Positions 47,280 through 56,114 of a stretch of DNA of 64,000 bases are shown one piece after another (the stretch's first letter is position 1; each line of letters starts with the position of its first letter). The stretch comes from Candidatus Latescibacterota bacterium (lineage in GTDB: Bacteria; Latescibacterota; UBA2968; GCA-2709665). Made by a program: the position numbers and the translations under genes. Below the pieces are notes generated by a model, which saw nothing but the letters and a program-made list of their open reading frames with translations, was not told the origin of the DNA and made no database searches. The stretch lies in NCBI GenBank assembly GCA_965222075.1, contig OZ244937.1, forward strand, positions 1,440,001 through 1,504,000, given 5' to 3'.

Positions 47280-48296
47280 TTAAATCTGTGACTGATAAAT
47301 CGCGTCCACCAGTTCCATCGTCTTTGTCGCATCCTCAAAATTCGTGTCCGGCTGTTTGCCCTTCCGGATGCAGTCGATGAAATGCCGGTTCATATCGTAC
47401 TCCCCAAACGCGCGATACTTCTCCTTGCTGCCGCTGATCTCAAACCCATCCAGCACCTCCACAGGCTCAACCTTCCCGTCCGCGAACACCTTCCCTCCCT
47501 CTTCGATATCCCCGAAAACGGAAATCCCCGGCGAATGGATCTCCACCGTAAACATTCGCCGACCGGTCATCCAGTTGGTCAGCAGCACGCCGGTTGCCCC
47601 GGAACTGAATTTGACCAGCGCCAAATGGATATTACAGTGCTCCGCATCCTGCCGCCGCACGTCGCTGGCCACGCGCTCCACCTCACCCCCGCATAAATAG
47701 CGCAGCGTATCCACGGCATGAATCGCATCGCATGTCAGAATATCCATCGCGCCCTGGTAGTAGGGCGCGCCTCCAACCGCGCTCTTGTAAAAAGTCGCCA
47801 CCGCGCTGTGCACAGGCCCCTTTTTCCTGCAAAGCGCCATTCCCCGCCTCACCAGCGGCGCAAACCGCCTCTGGAACGTCACGCCCGTGAGCACCCTGTT
47901 CTTTCTGGCCAGAATCGCCATCTGCCGCGTCTGTTCCGTCGTCACCGCCGGTGGTTTCTCGATAAACAGGTGGCACCCCATCTCCATCACCGTCGCCGCG
48001 ATATTGTACAGGAACTGCGGCGGCATAATCGCATACACCGCATCCGGCTTCTCCTTCTCGATCATCTCCACGTAATTCGTATACCGTCCTTTGATCCCGA
48101 ACCTCTCCGCGGCGGTGTTCAACCGCGCCTCATTCAGCTCCGAAACCGCCACAACCTCCGCACCGGGGATATCCTTTAGCGACGGATAATGCACGCTGGA
48201 TGCGCGTCCTCCCGCCCCGACAAACGCCACCCGGACCTTCTTCTTCCTCCCGGCCCGCTTCGCAGTCTTCCTGGCCTTTTTCCCAGCCTTAGGCAT
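47280..48296 (-). CDS. Gfo/Idh/MocA family oxidoreductase
   Basis: VGAGG, HLFIEKP, FQRRF, DAIHAVD. Confidence 0.93.
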   Translation of the reverse strand: MPKAGKKARKTAKRAGRKKKVRVAFVGAGGRASSVHYPSLKDIPGAEVVAVSELNEARLNTAAERFGIKGRYTNYVEMIEKEKPDAVYAIMPPQFLYNIAATVMEMGCHLFIEKPPAVTTEQTRQMAILARKNRVLTGVTFQRRFAPLVRRGMALCRKKGPVHSAVATFYKSAVGGAPYYQGAMDILTCDAIHAVDTLRYLCGGEVERVASDVRRQDAEHCNIHLALVKFSSGATGVLLTNWMTGRRMFTVEIHSPGISVFGDIEEGGKVFADGKVEPVEVLDGFEISGSKEKYRAFGEYDMNRHFIDCIRKGKQPDTNFEDATKTMELVDAIYQSQI

Positions 48297-48309
48297 AGCA
48301 ATCCTCCCT

Positions 48310-49263
48310 TTACCGGTACACCGCCTGGATCAACGCCCGCATATACCCCACCGCAAATGCCCGACCCGCCCAGAACGTCGACTCCTGCTGTGGAAATCCC
48401 GGCGTGTGGTCCATCATAAACGGACCTTCGAACCCAACCTCCTGATACGTCTGCATCGCCTCGTACATATCCTGGTCCCCCTCGTCCACAAACACCTCCT
48501 GGAACTTTTTCGGGGTGCCCCGGATATTCCGGAAATGCACGTAGACGATCTTGCCCCGTCCCCCGATATCCCGGATCGCCTCACACACGTTCACACCCAT
48601 CTCGGCCACACACCCCTGGCAGAAGAGCATCGCGTTGGAATCGCTGGGCACCATATCGAAAGTCCGGTGGTACTGCTCCAGGGTCGACACGATCCGTGCG
48701 GCTCCTCCCAGCGGCTCGGGAATCGGCGGGTCGTCCGGGTGAAGCGCCATCCGCACCCCACACGCCTCTGCGACCGGGATCACACGCTCCAGAAAATACT
48801 GCAAATTCTCCCAGATCTTCTCTTCCAGGATCGTCTTGTCCGGGTGATGCGGCGGGTCTTTCATCAACACGTCGTAATCGAAGGTGCTGTACCGGGCGCC
48901 CCCCCGTCCGGGGGGCGTGGACTCGGTCCGGAAATTCCCCACCGGCTTGAAATTGTATCCCAGCGTCGGAATCCCAACCTCGCCCATGTTCCGTAGCATA
49001 GTACACCAGGCCTCGATCTTCTCGTCCCGGTCCGGCAATGCAAGCGAAATTTCGTCCCAGCCGGTCGCCGCAACATTCATCAGCTTCAAGCCGTGGGACT
49101 CGGCCAGCCTCTTCAAATCCCTCCAGTACTCCGTAAGATCCTCACCCTTCCTTATCCCCGGCGGCGCTGCATTCACCGTCAGATAATCCACCCCGATCGC
49201 CTTGAAAAAACTCAAATTCTCATCGTTGATCTGATTCCACGGAAGCTGCTCCTGAATCGTCAT
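48310..49263 (-). CDS. uxuA: Mannonate dehydratase (UxuA)-like, paralogue A
   Basis: YNFKP, ALHPDDPP, FCQG, HFRNIRG, MMDHTP. Confidence 0.85.
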   Translation of the reverse strand: MTIQEQLPWNQINDENLSFFKAIGVDYLTVNAAPPGIRKGEDLTEYWRDLKRLAESHGLKLMNVAATGWDEISLALPDRDEKIEAWCTMLRNMGEVGIPTLGYNFKPVGNFRTESTPPGRGGARYSTFDYDVLMKDPPHHPDKTILEEKIWENLQYFLERVIPVAEACGVRMALHPDDPPIPEPLGGAARIVSTLEQYHRTFDMVPSDSNAMLFCQGCVAEMGVNVCEAIRDIGGRGKIVYVHFRNIRGTPKKFQEVFVDEGDQDMYEAMQTYQEVGFEGPFMMDHTPGFPQQESTFWAGRAFAVGYMRALIQAVYR

Positions 49264-49299
49264 CGCATTCCTCCTTTACACCATCTGAACCAGCGGCCT

Positions 49300-50253
49300 T
49301 CATCGATACACAGCCTGGATCATCGCCCGCATATATCCCACCGCAAACGCACGACCCGCCCAGAACGTCGATTCTTCCTGAGGGAACCGCGGCGTGTGGT
49401 CCATCATAAACGGACCCTCGAACCCCACCTCCCTGTACGTCTGCATCGCCTCGTACATATCCTGATCTCCCTCGTCCACAAACACCTCCTGAAAACTTTT
49501 GGGCGTCCCCCGAATATTTCGGAAGTGGACGGCAACGATCTTGCCCCGCCCCCCGATGTCCCGGATCGCGTCGCACACATTCTCCCCCATCTCGGCCACG
49601 CACCCCTGGCAGAAGAGCATCGCGTTGGAATCGCTGGGCACCATATCGAAAATCCGGCGATACTGCTCCAGGGTCGACACGATCCGTGCGGCCCCTCCCA
49701 GCGGCTCGGGAATCGGTGGGTCGTCCGGGTGAAGCGCCAGCCGTATCCCCGCTTCTTCGGCCACCGGAATCACGCGCTCCAGGTAGTACTCCAGATTCTC
49801 CCGGATCATCTCTTCCGAAATCGCCTTGTCGGGGTAATAAGGGGGATCTTTCATCAACGCGTCGTAGTCGAACGTGCTGTACCGGGCGCCCCCCCGTCCC
49901 GGCGGGATCGATTCCGTCCGGAAATTCCCCGCCGGTTTGAAGCTGTACGTCATTGCCCGCACGCCTGCTGCGCCCACATTGCTCAGCAAGGTACACATCG
50001 CTTCAATCTTCTCGTCCCGGTCCGGCAATCCCAGCGTAATCTCGTCCCAGGTCCTTCCCCCGATGCTGTTCAACGCCAGCCCGTGAGATGCAACCTTCCT
50101 GCGCATCTCCTTCCAGTAATCCGCACGGTCCTGCCCGTCTTTCACCTCCGGCGGCGGCGAATGAACGGAAACACAGTCGACCCCGATCGCCTTGAAAAAA
50201 CGCAAATGCTCATCGTCGATCTGATGCCAGGGAAGGTGTTCCTGAATGGTCAT
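49300..50253 (-). CDS. uxuA: Mannonate dehydratase (UxuA)-like, paralogue B
   Basis: Same 954-nt length as paralogue A; start MTIQEHLPW with AGGAGG RBS; HPDDPP, HFRN, MMDHTP. Confidence 0.85.
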   Translation of the reverse strand: MTIQEHLPWHQIDDEHLRFFKAIGVDCVSVHSPPPEVKDGQDRADYWKEMRRKVASHGLALNSIGGRTWDEITLGLPDRDEKIEAMCTLLSNVGAAGVRAMTYSFKPAGNFRTESIPPGRGGARYSTFDYDALMKDPPYYPDKAISEEMIRENLEYYLERVIPVAEEAGIRLALHPDDPPIPEPLGGAARIVSTLEQYRRIFDMVPSDSNAMLFCQGCVAEMGENVCDAIRDIGGRGKIVAVHFRNIRGTPKSFQEVFVDEGDQDMYEAMQTYREVGFEGPFMMDHTPRFPQEESTFWAGRAFAVGYMRAMIQAVYR

Positions 50254-50328
50254 AACGGTCCTCCTCCTGAAACGGGCGGGCGGGCGGTCACCCTTACGGG
50301 GAAACACGATCCCTCCCCCCCTCATACC

Positions 50329-51291
50329 CTACCGATACACCGCGTGTATCAACCCCCTGATATGCCCCACCGCAAACGCCTGACCCGCCCATTCCGTCTG
50401 GGGCAGCCCCGGCGTGTGATCCATCATAAACGGCCCGTTAAAGCCCGCATCTCGATAAATCTCCATCGCCCTGCGCATATCGATATCGCCTTCGTCTAAG
50501 AACACCTCCTGAAAAACGGGCAACGCCCCCCGGACGTTTCGGAAATGGACAAAGACGATCTTCTCCCTGGTTGCCATTTCGTGAATGGCGTCATAAACGT
50601 CTACCCCCATTTCCGTCACGCACCCCTGGCAGAACAGCATGCCGTTGGACCTGCTCGGCGCCAGACCGAAAACCCGGCGGTACTGCTCCAGGGTCGACGC
50701 GATCTGCGCCACGCCCGCCAGCGGTTCGGGAATCGGTGGGTCGTCCGGGTGCAGCGCCATCCGCACCCCGGCCTCCTCGGCCACCGGAATCACCCGTTTG
50801 AGGAAGTAGTCCATATGCTCCCACATCTCATCTTCGGTGACCGGAAGCTCGTGGGGTTTGGGCCGGTTGAGTGAAAACTCGTGGTAATTGAAGGTGCTGT
50901 ACTTTGCCCCCCCGCGGCCGATCGCCGATGTCGTTCGAAAATTCCCCATCGGCTTGAAATTGTACCCCAGCGCCGGAATCCCGGCCGCCCCGACGCACCG
51001 CAGCATCTGGCACCATGCCTCGATCTTCTCATCCCGGTCGTCCATCCCCAGCGTAATCTCGTCCCAGCCCGCCATAAACAGGCTGTACAGCTCCATCCCG
51101 TGGGATTCCACCTTCGCCTTCGCCGCTTCCAAAAACTCGGTGCTGTCCCGGCCATCCCTCAAATCCATCGAAGGGTCCACCCGGTGCATTGCCCGGATAT
51201 CCAGGCAGATCATATCCACCCCAATCGCCCTGTAAAAACGCAAATGCGTGTCGTCAAACTCACCCCATTGGATGAGATCCTGGATGTACAT
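50329..51291 (-). CDS. uxuA: Mannonate dehydratase (UxuA)-like, paralogue C
   Basis: YNFKP, HPDDPP, FCQG, HFRNVRG, MMDHTP. Confidence 0.85.
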   Translation of the reverse strand: MYIQDLIQWGEFDDTHLRFYRAIGVDMICLDIRAMHRVDPSMDLRDGRDSTEFLEAAKAKVESHGMELYSLFMAGWDEITLGMDDRDEKIEAWCQMLRCVGAAGIPALGYNFKPMGNFRTTSAIGRGGAKYSTFNYHEFSLNRPKPHELPVTEDEMWEHMDYFLKRVIPVAEEAGVRMALHPDDPPIPEPLAGVAQIASTLEQYRRVFGLAPSRSNGMLFCQGCVTEMGVDVYDAIHEMATREKIVFVHFRNVRGALPVFQEVFLDEGDIDMRRAMEIYRDAGFNGPFMMDHTPGLPQTEWAGQAFAVGHIRGLIHAVYR

Positions 51292-51303
51292 AAAATTCCC
51301 TCC

Positions 51304-52446
51304 TCACGCCTTCGGGTCCAGCAGGCGGTTGATGCCGAACACGCCGATATCGAACCGGCTGGCGCTCCCCACGGCCATGTCGGCCAGGATCTCTCCGATC
51401 ACCGCCGAGAACTTGAACCCATGGCCCGAGCAGGGGCTGCCGATGACCACTTGCGGGTGCTCGGGATGGTAGTCGATGAGCCATCGGGAATCGGGCAGAT
51501 TGGTGTACATGCACACAACGCTCTCAAGCACCCTGCCTGCGGCATCGGGAATGTACCGCTCTACCAGGGGCCTGATCACCCCTTCGTCTTCGGCTGTGGT
51601 CTTTCGAACCAGGGAATCCGGATCAACCCCCGGTTGCCCCCGGTGCAGCGCCGCCTTGAAGCCGCGGCCAAAATTGGGTTGGCAGTAGAATGAGGGGCCC
51701 GGCCCGCACCCCCACGAATTATTCGGACATCGATCCGGCGTGAACAGCTCTGCGTTTCGGACCGGCTTGAACATAAAAATCGTCATCCGCTCAATCGTAA
51801 CCGGAAGGCCCAGCTCGGCAACCAGCCGATCCACCCAGGCGCCGGCGGTAATCACCAGCCGGTCTGCCCTGAACGTTCCCTTCGCAGTCGTCACCCGAAC
51901 CCCGCCGCCGTCCGGGTTCCATGCCAGCACCGGTTCGTCGCAGCGCAGCCCGGCGCCGGCCTGCTCGGCCAGTTTCAGGTACGCCCCGATGCACTTCTCA
52001 GGAAACACTGCCCCGGCCCTGGGTTCGTAGATCCCCTCCCAATCCTCTTCGGGCCGGAACATCGGGTACCGGCGCCGGATCTCATCCGCCGGAATTCGCT
52101 CGATCGGAATGCCAAACGCCTTGGCGCTTTGCACCATGCCCCTGGCGTCCCGGTCGTCCGCGCGCCGCATCGACAGGTGGCCGTACGTCTTAACCAGCTC
52201 CTCGCCGCTGGCCCGCTCCAGCTCATACCACAGCTCATAGGCGCGCAGCACCAGCGGCACATACCCGGAGCCGGCGGGATACGCCTCTCGAATAACCCGC
52301 GCGTGGCCGTGCGAGGACCCCTGGCCGTGGGGTGGACGAAACCGGTCGAACCCGAGCACACGCTTTCCCCGCACTGCAAGCTGGTACACGGTTGCGCTGC
52401 CCATTGCGCCCATGCCGGCAACGATCACATCAACAGTACGCGTCAT
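51304..52446 (-). CDS. solA: N-methyl-L-tryptophan oxidase / monomeric sarcosine oxidase family
   Basis: GMGAMGS, GSSHGHARVIR, flavinylation CMYT, CSGHGFKF. Confidence 0.9.
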   Translation of the reverse strand: MTRTVDVIVAGMGAMGSATVYQLAVRGKRVLGFDRFRPPHGQGSSHGHARVIREAYPAGSGYVPLVLRAYELWYELERASGEELVKTYGHLSMRRADDRDARGMVQSAKAFGIPIERIPADEIRRRYPMFRPEEDWEGIYEPRAGAVFPEKCIGAYLKLAEQAGAGLRCDEPVLAWNPDGGGVRVTTAKGTFRADRLVITAGAWVDRLVAELGLPVTIERMTIFMFKPVRNAELFTPDRCPNNSWGCGPGPSFYCQPNFGRGFKAALHRGQPGVDPDSLVRKTTAEDEGVIRPLVERYIPDAAGRVLESVVCMYTNLPDSRWLIDYHPEHPQVVIGSPCSGHGFKFSAVIGEILADMAVGSASRFDIGVFGINRLLDPKA

Positions 52447-52493
52447 CGATCTCCGCCGCTCTGGATGGTCCGGCTCCTGAAACCACAGGGGAG

Positions 52494-52638
52494 ATTATGC
52501 GCCTGGATTCATCCAAAGTCAAGCACAGAATGGCCAGGGGCTCAAGCCCTCCTGCCCGGACACGGTCCGTCCCTTACTTACTGTGAAATGGGTTTGGCAA
52601 CATCTCCACAGGATAGCCATTTCGCCCGTTTCTGTCAA
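52494..52638 (-). promoter_or_regulatory. Two tandem sigma70 promoter candidates upstream of solA
   Basis: TTGACT-17-CATAAT (52494-52522) and TTGACA-17-TATCCT (52610-52638) on the minus strand. Confidence 0.55.
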
Positions 52639-52776
52639 GGATGCGATGCGCAAAAGGAAGGTATTTGAATGCCCCAAAAAAGACTTGCGCCCGCCCGTTT
52701 AATTGTGTATATCCAAAATAGACAAAGCTAAGAGGTTCCCGTTCGATCCACTTCACCCCACTCAGGGGGGTTCACC

Positions 52777-52962
52777 ATGCAGCAAGCGCCCACACTGGAA
52801 TCCAGGTTATCCCGCGTAGAAGGCATTGTCGAGCAAATCGACAAGCGCCTAACAAGCCTCGAAACGCGCATGGCCAGCCTGGAAATCGGTCAACGCTGGA
52901 TTATCGGTATCCAGTTCACCACGCTGTTGACGCTTGGATCACTCATTCTTTTCAAGCTCTAA
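52777..52962 (+). CDS. Small coiled-coil protein with C-terminal TM (XhlA/DUF1640-like)
   Basis: 61 aa; heptads LESRLSRVEG...LETRMASLE then RWIIGIQFTTLLTLGSLILFKL; AGGGGG RBS. Confidence 0.75.
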   Translation: MQQAPTLESRLSRVEGIVEQIDKRLTSLETRMASLEIGQRWIIGIQFTTLLTLGSLILFKL

Positions 52963-52965
52963 CAC

Positions 52966-53000
52966 GCCTGCCTGTGCGTGTGCCACGCACGCAGACAGGT
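52966..53000. repeat. Short palindromic element (long form) just after a stop codon
   Basis: GCCTGCCTGTGCGTG-TGC-CACGCACGCAGACAGGT. Confidence 0.9.
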
Positions 53001-53302
53001 AAGGACGGAACCCCGCCCTTAACGCGATGTTGAGAATTTCTGGCCTAGAGAGACAATCCGCCCGAATCCGCTAATTGGCCTTGAAATCTCAAATCCCACC
53101 AGATAAAGGCGCCGTTGCCAGTGAGATAAACGCCTACAAAAAGAGTGTGATACGCAATAGTATCGTTAAAGGTGCAGAGTCCCACGACCACCATCCATGA
53201 AGCCCATCAGATCAATATAAAAGGTTTAAATCAATAAAATACTGTACGCAACCAGGTATATGGCAAGTCCCCCTTTCTACGCCTGTTCTTAAGTCCCCCT
53301 TT

Positions 53303-54598
53303 TTACTCCTGTTCAATGACCTCGATCTTATGGCCATCGGTCCACCTGTCCGGCCAGCCATCGGCGGTGTAGCCTGTGGCCTCAGCGGTCCGCAGCGACG
53401 AGAAAGGCCCATCGCCCAAACGGGCCAGCACACCGCCGGGACCCATATCCGGATCGACGGCAACCGTCACGTCCAGGGGCTGATCGATGGGCACCTCAGG
53501 TCCTGTCCAGACGCAGGGATAGCGCTCACGTGGATCGTAGAGCGCAACCGTAAGCCGGGGTGCCCAGCCGTCCAGCGAAATGCGCACCCGGGGAAACGGC
53601 TCGGCTTCACAACGTCCCTCAAGCAGCACGCGCGCCGGCGAGGACGCAATCTCTTCGGCCTTGAACCGCCAGATTCGTGCGGTGCCGGGCGCCAGAGGCC
53701 ACGCGACCGACTCGCGCCTGCGTCCTTCCATATCCAGGGTCTGGCACCGCAGACCCTGATCGTCCAGGGCAATCTGCACCAGGTGGTGGTACTCGGTTGG
53801 TGCGGGCATGCACCCGCCCGGACCAAAACTTGTGCCGGCGCCGCCGCTGGTCATCTGCAGCACACCCTGGTGCACCTGCGCGTCGAATGCAATCACGTGG
53901 CTGCACAAATACGCGGTCACACGATGGCGTGCCAGTACATCCCAGAACGGTCTTCCAAATTCGGGAGACATCGTCCAGATGCGGGCGGTGTATCCATTCA
54001 CCGGATAAACCGGCGTATGCCCCATTACAACCTTGTGGGCCGCATCCGCATGCTCGGTCAAAACGCGATCGACCCACCCGTGGTCCGCCCGGCCACCGAA
54101 AACCGTAGACGGAGCGCCCAGTGTCGTAGCATACACATTCAGCGCAATCATCAGAAGCTCGCCCTCGCGCACAAAATAGCTCAGCCCCTCCTGGCCGGGA
54201 GGCCCGTTGGCCGGAATCTCGGGAAACACCTCGCGCCATACGTCCTCGCTCACAGCATTAAACGTATCGTGATTCCCGGCAATGCGGTAGACCGGAACCC
54301 CCATGTCCCTCAGGGGCTTCATCTCCCCCCCCAGAACGCGGCCCCACTCTGCCCGCAGGGCATCCGGGTCCGGATTCGGACCGTGGTCGCGTTTGAGGCC
54401 CCAGATCATATCTCCCAGGAAACACACAAAATCGGGCCCGGGCGTCAGCCGCCCCATCACATCGTGCAGCGCAGCCAGATGCTGCTCGTGGTTCCGACCC
54501 GGCTCCGGCGGGCCAATGCAGCAGTCTCCGTATGCCACAAACTGGCATCCCGACCCGCCGCGGGGCGTCAGAGCCGATACCGAATCTGCTATATTCAT
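53303..54598 (-). CDS. Calcineurin-like metallophosphoesterase
   Basis: YGD, FLGD, AGNHD, MGH.P, CSH; start MNIADS. Confidence 0.88.
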   Translation of the reverse strand: MNIADSVSALTPRGGSGCQFVAYGDCCIGPPEPGRNHEQHLAALHDVMGRLTPGPDFVCFLGDMIWGLKRDHGPNPDPDALRAEWGRVLGGEMKPLRDMGVPVYRIAGNHDTFNAVSEDVWREVFPEIPANGPPGQEGLSYFVREGELLMIALNVYATTLGAPSTVFGGRADHGWVDRVLTEHADAAHKVVMGHTPVYPVNGYTARIWTMSPEFGRPFWDVLARHRVTAYLCSHVIAFDAQVHQGVLQMTSGGAGTSFGPGGCMPAPTEYHHLVQIALDDQGLRCQTLDMEGRRRESVAWPLAPGTARIWRFKAEEIASSPARVLLEGRCEAEPFPRVRISLDGWAPRLTVALYDPRERYPCVWTGPEVPIDQPLDVTVAVDPDMGPGGVLARLGDGPFSSLRTAEATGYTADGWPDRWTDGHKIEVIEQE

Positions 54599-54624
54599 CG
54601 AATTTCCCTCCAAAACCGTATATC

Positions 54625-55413
54625 CTACCACGGTCGATTCGCCGGCACCGGCTGCTCCAGCCCGTCCGCCCGGACGTTGGCCCCGTTGACCCACCGCGCC
54701 CGCTCCGAGGCCAGGAACAGGACCACATCGGCCACCTCTTCCGGCGTGCCGAGCCGCCCCATCGGGAAGCCGTCCCGCTCGTAGGCGGCGAACTTCTCCG
54801 GCTCCCTCTGTCGAAAGGCGTCCCAGCTTCCCTCCTCAAACAGGATTGACCCCGGCGACACCACGTTTACCCGGATGCGGTCGTGAACCAACTCCAGCGC
54901 CAGCGGCTCGGCCATAAAGATCTGCGCCGCCTTCGACGCCCCGTACTGCGGCGCTCCGCTCAGCTGTGGAATCCAGCCGGAGATGGAGGAAATAAACACC
55001 ACCGACCCGCCCCCTCGCGCCTGCATATGAGGCACGACCAGGCGCGTCAGCCGCACCCCCTGAAACACATTGTACTCAAACGTCTCCACCCAGTCCTCGT
55101 CCGACGACGCCACCAGCCCTTTGCCGATGCCAAACCCCACATTGTTGATCAGAATATCGATTCCGCCCAGCTGCGCGGCGGCCTCTTCCACAAACCGGCG
55201 CGCATCCTCCGGCCGCAGCACGTCCGCCGGGATCGGGGCTGCGCGCACCCCCAGGGCCTCAACCTGCTCTGCCGCACGCCCAAGCACATCCTCCCGCCGG
55301 GCGCACATGGCAACATCGCACCCCTCCTTCGCCAGCCCGAGGGCCGTGGCCAGGCCGATTCCCTGGCTGGCGCCCGTCACAAGCGCCACCTTACCCTCAA
55401 GTTCCAGATCCAT
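54625..55413 (-). CDS. SDR family NAD(P)-dependent oxidoreductase
   Basis: TGASQGIG, NNVG, YGASK, VSPG, PMGRLG.PEEVA. Confidence 0.95.
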   Translation of the reverse strand: MDLELEGKVALVTGASQGIGLATALGLAKEGCDVAMCARREDVLGRAAEQVEALGVRAAPIPADVLRPEDARRFVEEAAAQLGGIDILINNVGFGIGKGLVASSDEDWVETFEYNVFQGVRLTRLVVPHMQARGGGSVVFISSISGWIPQLSGAPQYGASKAAQIFMAEPLALELVHDRIRVNVVSPGSILFEEGSWDAFRQREPEKFAAYERDGFPMGRLGTPEEVADVVLFLASERARWVNGANVRADGLEQPVPANRPW

Positions 55414-55613
55414 CTCGCACCTCCGGAGATTGACTTCACCACAGGAATGGAATTCGGTATCGCTTACAATATAGGCGTCTATTCTGCCCAGCGCACTTAA
55501 AAAAAACACAAGCAGCGGAACCTGAGCCCTTTCCACGGGTCCTATACTTGGTTATATTTAAAGGTGAAACGCTACCATCGTCCTCTTACAAAAATAGGGC
55601 TTCTTTGTCAGTG

Positions 55614-55970
55614 ATGTTCTCTTGCTTAAAAAAATGTTCCGCCCTCTTCCTGAGCCTGGCCGTGCTGCTGGCGGGCGTAAACTGTTTCTGCTGGGCGCAG
55701 GTTGCTGCGCAGACCTGCCATGCCCCGGCAAAGATGTCGGACTGCTGCTGCGGTGAAGAGGGCGAAGTGACGGACGACACCTCCGACCTCCCTCCAATGC
55801 TCCTTCCGCCGGCTCCCAAACTGCCGGGTCCTGAGATCTGCGCAGACGTTCAATGCTCCCTTCCCCACCTTTCCAGTCCTCTCCATGTCCGGCAGGCGGA
55901 AACCACTCGCATCGCCTCCTCACGCGCTTCTCCTGTGCTCTATATTCTCAACGCCTCTTTCCTCATCTGA
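55614..55970 (+). CDS. Cys-rich exported small protein / putative metal-responsive leader ORF
   Basis: Signal-like N-terminus, NCFC, TCH, DCCC, Pro-rich linker, C-terminal RASPVLYILNASFLI; first gene before the efflux operon. Confidence 0.7.
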   Translation: MFSCLKKCSALFLSLAVLLAGVNCFCWAQVAAQTCHAPAKMSDCCCGEEGEVTDDTSDLPPMLLPPAPKLPGPEICADVQCSLPHLSSPLHVRQAETTRIASSRASPVLYILNASFLI

Positions 55971-56114
55971 TTCCCTCCTGTGGACGTCCCTGTTCAGGAC
56001 GTTCTCTGCCTATTTTTCCCGTTTTCTTATTTCCGAAATCTTCAGAAGTGTAGACACGCATCCCGTCAGAGGCCTTTTCTCTTGGCATGGATGCAGACGA
56101 GGAGATCGTACACC

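Noticed and set aside
48310-51291. Diversity-generating retroelement (TR/VR) behind the near-identical repeats
   Set aside because: No reverse transcriptase; the repeats are whole-gene paralogues and the differences are not visibly adenine-specific.
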